Shown: positions 1 to 26,267 of the stretch, in pieces | How the letters are laid out: each line of letters opens with the position of its first letter | Position numbering within the stretch: the first letter of the stretch is position 1 | Origin: Salpingoeca rosetta | Lineage: Eukaryota > Protista > Choanoflagellata | DNA: 26,267 bases | Reading direction: 5' to 3' | Assembly (NCBI GenBank): GCA_033442325.1 | Contig: JAWQFM010000035.1 | Location: 721,884 to 748,150 of the forward strand | Made by a program: the position numbers and the translations under genes | Notes under the pieces: model-generated | Database searches by the model: none | Told to the model about the DNA's origin: nothing | What the model saw: the letters and a program-made list of their open reading frames with translations, nothing else

Positions 1-1
1 A

Positions 2-97
<96 letters not shown>

Positions 98-112
98 CAC
101 CACCACTGCCAG

Positions 113-272
113 GGTTGTTCGGCTGTTGGATCTGGACGGCATTCGGGGAGATGCTGTGCAGCAGATTGCCACGCTCGAATACAACCATCCAGGTGCCGTC
201 AGCGCACGTGACGAGGGTGTATCATGTGTGTCATTGACGGTCACTTGCGGCTTTGGCACTGATGCGTCGCAT

Positions 273-303
<31 letters not shown>

Positions 304-313
304 CACACACACA

Positions 314-355
<42 letters not shown>

Positions 356-885
356 AACCAACCAACACCCCCTTATCCCCCCTCCCTTTCCTCCCTTACC
401 CTTGTGCTTCCCCCTCGACCAGAGAGCGTGGGTGATGTTGAGAAAGAGGAGACGCGACGACGGCCGCAGCTGCGTCCCATCATCCGTGTTGACAGCGCAG
501 ACGACGTGGACAGCGAACGCGAGCAGCGCAGGGAGCATCCGGACATCACATTCGCACAACTCTGCCCATGGCGCACGGGCCCACCGGTGAGCGTGTGTGG
601 GAGGGCGGTGCGATTGTGAGTGTGCTGTTGTGACAGTGTTACATGTGTAATTTGGGAATGAGAGAGAGAGAGAGTGTGTGTGTGTGTGTGTGTGTGTGTG
701 CACGTATGTGTGTGATTCACCTAGACCTGCCATTTCTCTCCTCTTCCTTCTCATCACCGCAATGACTGCTGTCTTTTTCTTCCCTATCAGGCGTTCAACA
801 TCAGACCGACCGATGCGGACGTGTTCAAGAACATTGGCGACATGAAGGTGCGGGCGCCTGCACATTTGCTCTATGGACGTGTGTG

Positions 886-950
<65 letters not shown>

Positions 951-968
951 TTGTGTGTGTGTGTGTGT

Positions 969-1003
<35 letters not shown>

Positions 1004-1313
1004 TGGGTGTACGCATGCAAGTGTTTGTGCGATATGTTTCGTATACACAACACATACAATGCGTGTTGTGCATGTGTTCAACATCACTATCCATTCTCAC
1101 CCACACATCATTCATCATCATCACCACCACGACGACGACATTCCCTCCCTTGTCCTCCACTCACGGCTCCGGCCGTCCCCATTAGGTTGCCGACATTGCT
1201 GCTCGCGTGCTGAAGCACCGGTCCGCACCGCACGTGTGTTCGCTCCTCTCGTCCGACTGGAAACCAATCACTGCATCGCCCCTCCCCTTCTAGCTCGAAG
1301 CACGTCCATTTTC

Positions 1314-1385
<72 letters not shown>

Positions 1386-1660
1386 GTGTGTTGGTGTTCT
1401 CCTTTGACGAGCGCTCGGTTCCATGTGACAGTGTAATCGTCACTGCATGTGCAAAGGGTGCACACGCCATCCATTTCGGTTATGAACAACAAGCGAAGCT
1501 TACCATAGACGCGACATTTGCACACGACTCAGAAGCACTGCGCGCGTCCGAGCACCCACTGAGAGCAATACACGGGCAGACAGTGAATCAAACACACGCG
1601 CTAGCAAGCCAACACACCAACAACACGAACAACCACATTCCAACAACACGCAGCGAGTGA
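113..1660 (+). CDS. 3' part of an unidentified multi-exon protein-coding gene (5' end outside the window)
   Basis: Phase-consistent GT-AG exons 113-192, 423-586, 791-847, 1186-1220 and 1432-1660(TGA) give ...VVRLLDLDGIRGDAVQQIATLEYNHPESVGDVEKEETRRRPQLRPIIRVDS...AFNIRPTDADVFKNIGDMKVADIAARVLKHRVIVTACAKGAHAIHFGY... No family recognised. The last exon is the least certain. Confidence 0.6.
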
Positions 1661-1669
1661 CGCGGGTGT

Positions 1670-2580
1670 CTATGCCTTTGGCGGGGTGCTATCGTCACCA
1701 AACGTCGGCACCACAAACTCGTGTTCCTCAAGCTGCTGGTTGAACTTGGCGACCTGATGGTGGCAGTAACACGGGGTGGAGCAGTGATGAGGGAGAACAC
1801 GGCCAGTAAAGCAGAAGCAGAAACGAGCATACAGCAAACAAACTGACTGTTGCGCGCAGACAAGCAAAGCAACACACACGCACAACGCAAGCACGCACTT
1901 GCCACTATGCGCAAGGATACACTTGCCACTATGCGCAAGGATACATGACTCTGTACAAAAACACACACACACACGCACACACAACGCAAGCACACACACG
2001 CACACACACGCAAGTACACACACACACGCGCGCGCGCACACACACCTGTCCTCCTTTGTCCTTCACGACGACTGCAGTGGGGTCCCAGGGTGCAGTGTTG
2101 AAGATGTCCTCTTGAACAATCTTCCACGGTTGTGTTGGCTGCGAACAAAAGCAAATCAGGAAACAGGTGGGGAAATGAGACAACAGGAGGGAGGTCAAAA
2201 GAAGCCGCCGAGCACACATAACAAAGCTCAAAGCCCAGTACACAACGCGTCACGGTCACACAACGCTAAACACACACACACACACACACACACACACCTT
2301 GATTGTGCTCTCGACGGTAGTAGTGGCACCGTTGGAGAAGACGTGTGGAACAAAGTACTTCCTGCAGCGCCGACATCAAATTCAGTGCATTGGACGCAGT
2401 GGACGACATTCGTGAAGGAACAGAGACACATGTGCACGAACACGCCTCATCCAAGCAGACACACAAAGAGACAGAGAGAGACAAAAGAGCGACAGAGAGA
2501 GATAGAGACAGAGACAGAGAGAGACAGAGAGAGAAGCACACATCAACATACCTACACACACACACGTTCACACACACACG

Positions 2581-2623
<43 letters not shown>

Positions 2624-2695
2624 TGGATGGAGGCCTGCCATCTTGCGCACTGCCAATGCAGCGTGCAGCTGCCGCACACACATCCGCACACTCAT
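1670..2695 (-). CDS. Mitochondrial ribosomal protein bL31m (L31 family), 104 aa, 4 exons
   Basis: Exons 2695-2622, 2361-2298, 2138-2046 and 1753-1670 splice in frame: MSVRMCVRQLHAALAVRK-MAGLHPRKYFVPHVFSNGATTTVESTIKPTQPWKIVQEDIFNTAPWDPTAVVVKDKGGQVAKFNQQLEEHEFVVPTFGDDSTPPKA*. The GLHP, NGAT...ST, D....PW and GQVAKFN motifs match the bL31 pattern. The N-terminal 18 aa are Arg-rich with no acidic residues, as expected of a mitochondrial presequence. Confidence 0.8.
1896..1943. repeat. Perfect 24-bp tandem duplication in bL31m intron 3
   Basis: CACTTGCCACTATGCGCAAGGATA at 1896-1919 and 1920-1943. Confidence 0.9.
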
Positions 2696-2797
2696 TGCCG
2701 CGATTGACGAAATTTATGGAGAATATGCATATATTTCTACAAATCAAGGCAAACACGAAGAAGACGAAGACGACACAGCAGCAACCACACCGCTCTG
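2696..2797. promoter_or_regulatory. Putative bidirectional promoter between bL31m and TAF11
   Basis: Only 102 bp separate the two divergent ATGs, and the interval has an AT-rich core (about 2710-2745). Confidence 0.55.
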
Positions 2798-4717
<1,920 letters not shown>

Positions 4718-4817
4718 TGCAGCGCGTTTGATTGCTTGTTTGGCTGGTGGGTGGGTTGGATGGTTGTGAGAGAGGAAAGTGTGTGTTTGTGTGTTTGTGT
4801 GTGTGTGCGTGTGCGTG

Positions 4818-4909
<92 letters not shown>

Positions 4910-5301
4910 ACTTAAGAGAAGCGAACAATAAATGACATTCTCAACAACGACGACAACAACAACAACAACAACAACCTAAAACTCAGCAACGTGAACAACA
5001 GGTAAACAGCAGGCACATTTTCACCATGGAGTCATCACCATCGGAGCCGTTTTGATTTCGCACATTTTACTTGTTTCGCAGACAGCCTGACGTCTCCACA
5101 ACATGTCAAAACATCAATGCATGCACGCAAGAGACACGCGTCACCTTGGACAGATTGGATTCCTTTCATCAACGGTTTCTGCTACGCTTCTTGCTCTCAT
5201 TCCAGCATGCATACGCAAAGACACAGAACTACAGATCACACCATGAGCTACACCACTCTCGCCTCTCCACCTCCGGGCACTTCTCTGCAGCTGTGACAGC
5301 A

Positions 5302-9305
<4,004 letters not shown>

Positions 9306-10321
9306 GACACTGGTGCGATGATGCGCTGCGTGTCTCGATCGATCGGCAGTGAGTGTTGTGTTGTGTTGTCGTGCAGAAGGTACAGGTTGGATTGATTGAT
9401 TGAAGGTCGTCGTCGTTGTGCCTGCACGCAAGTGAGAAACGCGACACCATATGAGTAGCCGGGAATATTGAATGATGATTCACCAGTTATCGCTTGCTGA
9501 CACAGCACAAAGCAACCGCGCAAAACGCAAATCGATGCGCGATTGCCGCCATCGCCATCAAGCACCACACACGCAAACACAGCACCACCGTGCACATACA
9601 TCATGGGAGTTGCCGTGACAGCACGTGCCGTTTCGCAACAGCGCCGCCGCTTTCAACTGCAAGGCGATGTGAGCGATGTCGCCAAGCAAGCCAAGCAAGC
9701 AGGCAGTGTGACATTGTGACTGACACAGTGCCCACGAAAGCCGCTGTCGCTGTGTGAACTTCGGGGCGTGGAATGCAGGTAATCTTTACTGCCGTGTTTG
9801 TGTGTGGTGTGATTTGATGTGAGCGCAAGCTGCACTGCTTTGTTGCTGTGTGTGTGGTGTGTGTGCTTTCGGTGTGGCGTTTCACCTGCTGCTGTGCGAC
9901 ATCGCGTGGGCGCACCCTCCTGTTTGAATGCAATAATGAAAACACGCCACACTCACGGGTATTCCCAAACTATTGGGTCGGCCACGGCTTCTTTTTGCTT
10001 GTTTGTTTTTCTCGGGTGCAGGGGTTGCAGAAAGGAAGCACCGACAGCGAACAAGCCAGCAAGCAAGCAAGCAAGCGACAATGCTCTCTTGTGCACGCCA
10101 AAATGAAGGCGTGACGGCTTGGGAGAATCCGTGCCGCAGAGCAGCAACGCCAACACCCAGCAAGCGACATCTCACGCCATTCATTGGACAGCTGTCTTTT
10201 TCGGAGCCCCCATTTTCGACAGCACCAGCAGCGACGCCAAGTGCAAGCACCCACCCCCACAGCAAATCAAGCCGCGCCGACGCTGCCGTGAGCGATGTCG
10301 CTGCACGCGCCCATCACGAAG

Positions 10322-22562
<12,241 letters not shown>

Positions 22563-22662
22563 NNNNNNNNNNNNNNNNNNNNNNNNNNNNNNNNNNNNNN
22601 NNNNNNNNNNNNNNNNNNNNNNNNNNNNNNNNNNNNNNNNNNNNNNNNNNNNNNNNNNNNNN
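22563..22662. other. Assembly gap (100 N placeholder, true size probably much larger)
   Basis: Run of N. Two convergent genes both run into it unfinished. Confidence 0.95.
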
Positions 22663-22714
22663 CACGACCTGCAGACGCGCACGCGCAGCAGCATTGCAGC
22701 GAGCTACGACGCAC

Positions 22715-22921
22715 CGTTTTGTCGCTTGACCACGTTGTTGGTGTCGCTGTGCCGCCAACAGACACTGGGCGGAACGCGCTGCCGTGTCTCAAGCCATCCT
22801 GTACGCGGTCGTCGCTGTCACCTGCGCTCCACTGGCGAAGCACCACGGTGCCTGTCACGATGAGCACCAGCACCAGCGCCAAGCGCACCACCACCTTCTG
22901 TCTCGGCTGTATCACCCGCAT
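22715..22921 (-). CDS. First exon of a probable type II (signal-anchor) membrane protein; the rest of the gene falls in the gap
   Basis: ATG at 22921: MRVIQPRQK-VVVRLALVLVLIVTGTVVL-RQWSAGDSDDRVQDG...DKT, then a GTGCGT donor at 22714. A short basic tail, hydrophobic helix and stem are typical of Golgi-type enzymes, but no catalytic domain is visible. Confidence 0.5.
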
Positions 22922-22994
22922 CGTGGGCGTTGTTGGCGTTCGTGTGTTGTTCGTGCCGTTTTGCCAATTGCACACATATGCAATTTGCACCCAC

Positions 22995-23120
<126 letters not shown>

Positions 23121-23386
23121 CTTGTTGGTGTCGTTGGTTTGCTCTCTTTTGCTCTCTGTTTGGTTTGATGGGATTGCCAACCTTCAAGAACAACAGACAA
23201 ACAACAACAAACAACAACAAACAACGTGATTTGATGTGACAGAAAGGTGCAAAAACCAAAACAAGAAAGAATGCATGTACGTAGGAAAGAAAAGGCGCTG
23301 TGAATGTGTGTGTGTGTGTGACGCGAGTGCGCGTTTTTGTGTGGTACTGTGAGAAACAGGATAAAGGTGTTGCAGCTGGGGAGCAA

Positions 23387-23892
23387 TCACTTCTTGGCGG
23401 GCGCGAGGATGCTTTCCAGTTGTGTCTGCAAACGCACACACGTGCATGGTTACGAAGGAAAGAAGGGAACGAGATCAAACATATCCATGAGCATCGAACG
23501 TCGTGCGCAAACAACAACGAACACGACGTGTACTTGTGTCGGCGTGCGAATAAGCGTGTGAATAATTGTGTTTGCGTGTTAATAAGTGTGTATGTGTGTG
23601 TGTGTGCGTACCCTGAGCTGCTGGTTTGTGCGCTTGAGGACCTGGATCTCTTCCTCGTGCTTGCGCTGCTCCGTCTGTCGCCGCTCCGTCTCCCGTCGCT
23701 CAATCTCCTCTGGTGATGGCGATGATATTGATGATGATAATAATGGTGGTAGTGGTGGTGGTGATGATGATGAGTTGTGTGTTTTGGCAGAAATGGAGAA
23801 AGGTGAGTGCATGTATCTGCTTAGAACGTGCACGTGCACAAGACAAAGCACAACATGCATGTGTTTGTGTTTGTGTTTGTGTGCGTGTGCGA

Positions 23893-23926
<34 letters not shown>

Positions 23927-24066
23927 GGACTGACCGCATTTTGCCTTGAGCTTCTGCACCTCTGCCTCGAGGTTGGCCTTGTCTGCCTCCAGATCACGCA
24001 CCTGTACACAACAAGCAATGCGTTGACAAGAAATGAGAGGACGTGCACTGGAGCTGATGTGCTTTG

Positions 24067-24108
<42 letters not shown>

Positions 24109-24578
24109 CACACATACTCTCTCTCACTCACTCACTCACTCACTCACTCACACACACACACACCACAACCATACACCACAACCACACACACCAAAGCAAC
24201 CAACACAACCCACAACGCAACGCACCTTTGCCTCGAGGTCTGCCTTGCCTGCCTCGGCCTGTAGGGCCTTGCGCATGCCAAAGGCGACAGAACTTTCATA
24301 GAGGGTCTGATAGGCTGCAAGCGTCATGCGGATTTCGTCACGCACGCGCAGGAGGAGGAGGCCGCGCTCGGCGCAGTTGATTGTCACGTGCCGGATCAAC
24401 TCGTCTGGAATTGGGGGAGGGGGAGAAGGGTGCGCAGAGGTGGGAGGGAAGGGAAGGTGGAGATGGAGAGGGTGCGAGGGTGTGAGAGAGGGGTGTGTGA
24501 GCCATTCATCGGTTCTTACAGCAGCCGTGTCGTGCACATCTCCTTGATAAGGTTGCTCGACGACACACCACAACGCAT

Positions 24579-24624
<46 letters not shown>

Positions 24625-25858
24625 AGGCGAAGCAAGAGGGGGGGTGGGTGTGCGCACCAAAGACTTGGGAGTAGAGCTCGCGGCGGACAGGGCAGATACC
24701 GGTCTCCCGCGCCTGCAGCGATACCAGACAGAGTTGAGTTCAACGCAGAGAGAGGGGGCAGTGTGCGTGCGTGCGTGTGTGTGTGTGTGTGTGTGTTGGG
24801 GAGGGGATAGTGCGCATTCAAATAAATTCACACGCACACGTTCACATTCACACACATGTACCTGTCGCTGCTGGAGCTTGGCGTCGAGCTGTTCCTGGAG
24901 ATTGATGACATCAAGACGGGTGGCGGGGCTCGCCGATACCTGCTGCACCCACAGCTGGCCCTTCTCTGCTCACGCAAAAGCACAAGGAAAGGGAAAAACC
25001 AAGTGTGTGAACGAACGTTGTGTGTGCGTGTGTGCGTGAGGATTGATGCGTGCATGTTTGTTGCGTGTGGGTGTGTATGTGTACGGCATCGAGTACAATG
25101 TCGCTCAGTATGGTGACATGAGCGCAACACGCTTTGGCTGACGGACCTGTGAACTCCCTTGGAGGAAGGATGGCGTTGAGGATGTCCTCAGTTTGCTGTT
25201 GATCGCGATGGGTGCAAGGGCAGCGATTCAAGCATCGACAAGTGGTGAGCGCCGAGAGTGAGCGTGATAGCAGCAACGGCCAATACCTACTCCCAGCCGT
25301 CCACAGCGCCACACGCACACACACGCACACACACGCACACACACGCACACACACACATACACACACACACACGCACCTGTTGTGCCTTCTTCTCCATGGG
25401 AGGAAGCTTTCCACCGCGGGGTGGTGTGGGAACTGGGGCGCCGGAGGTGAGGGTTGCTGCCATGCTCTGTGATGGCCCGCTGGAGCTGCCTGTGCGCTTT
25501 GCCCGCCCCTGTTCAGGTCAACCCCCGCACGTAACACAGAACCGTGGGAAGCAGCATGTCAGCCACTCAAACGTGCACACAAGCAGTCACAAGACTGACG
25601 AGGAGCGATTGCATCACATGTCGCTCGTTCCACTATGCACTCGCCACCACCACCATCATTGCCAGCGATGCTCACCAGCAACACAATGCATGGTACACAC
25701 CGCGCAATGTACACGACACAGACATCACCATGACACAAACATCATGACATTGCATGCTTGGCAACAACATCACGCACCCGAGTGGTCTTCTTGTCTGTGG
25801 TCTTGGAGATGAGGACGGGGTTGTCATACTTGACAAGCGACTGGTATGGTGGAATCAT
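23387..25858 (-). CDS. DNALI1: Axonemal inner-arm dynein light intermediate chain p28 (DNALI1), 9 exons
   Basis: Exons 25858-25778, 25508-25377, 25195-25147, 24965-24862, 24712-24658, 24404-24226, 24001-23935, 23709-23612 and 23425-23387. Spliced: MIPPYQSLVKYDNPVL...EDILNAILPPREFTEKGQLWVQQVSASPATRLDVINLQEQLDAKLQQRQARETGICPVRRELYSQVFDELIRHVTINCAERGLLLLRVRDEIRMTLAAYQTLYESSVAFGMRKALQAE...LKRTNQQLRTQLESILAPAKK*. Confidence 0.97.
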
Positions 25859-26135
25859 GGCTGCAGTTGCTCTGCGTGTATGTGCTTGTGTGCGTTGAGA
25901 GGGGGGGCTGCAAACGCTGTGAATGAGCGCAGAGGCGAGGAACTGGTTGTTGTTCGGTTGGTTGGTTGGTTGGTTCGCTGGCTGTTGTGCTGCTGGCTGG
26001 CTGTCTTGTGTGTCGATTGCCGTTGCCAAGCGAGATAGAAGAATGATTGTGGATAACTTTCGCTGTTTTTCGTCAATATTTGTGGTGTCGTGAACGGCAG
26101 GTACGCTGGGCTTCCGCTGGCTGGGCTTCTGGTTT

Positions 26136-26261
<126 letters not shown>

Positions 26262-26267
26262 TTTTTT

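Noticed and set aside
9680-10080. (GCAA)n-like runs in the divergent intergenic region between the TPR and FN3 genes
   Set aside because: Short simple repeats with no evidence of regulatory function.

Overview
Intron-rich eukaryotic genomic DNA with GT-AG introns full of (CA)n/(GT)n microsatellites and three 100-N scaffold gaps. The style and gene content suggest a choanoflagellate such as Salpingoeca rosetta (inference, not verified). Most entries in the ORF track are microsatellite artefacts, so genes were assembled by hand from splice sites and reading-frame phase. In order: (1) the 3' end of an unidentified + strand gene; (2) a 4-exon mitochondrial ribosomal protein bL31m-like gene (-), head-to-head with (3) TAF11 (+); (4) a HET/TIR-like domain + 8x 42-aa TPR gene (-) with an apparent 1-nt frameshift; (5) a >12 kb secreted or cell-surface protein gene (+) with signal peptide, RFRR convertase site, 7 FN3 domains, Cys-rich repeats, 3 beta-propeller-like repeats and 2 TLDc domains; (6) the first exon of a type II membrane protein (-) running into a gap; (7) DNALI1/p28 (-). 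The most unusual feature is gene 5: a [Cys-rich - propeller(s) - TLDc - Cys-rich] cassette appears twice, each time inside a split FN3 domain, and the TLDc domains are predicted extracellular with added conserved cysteines.
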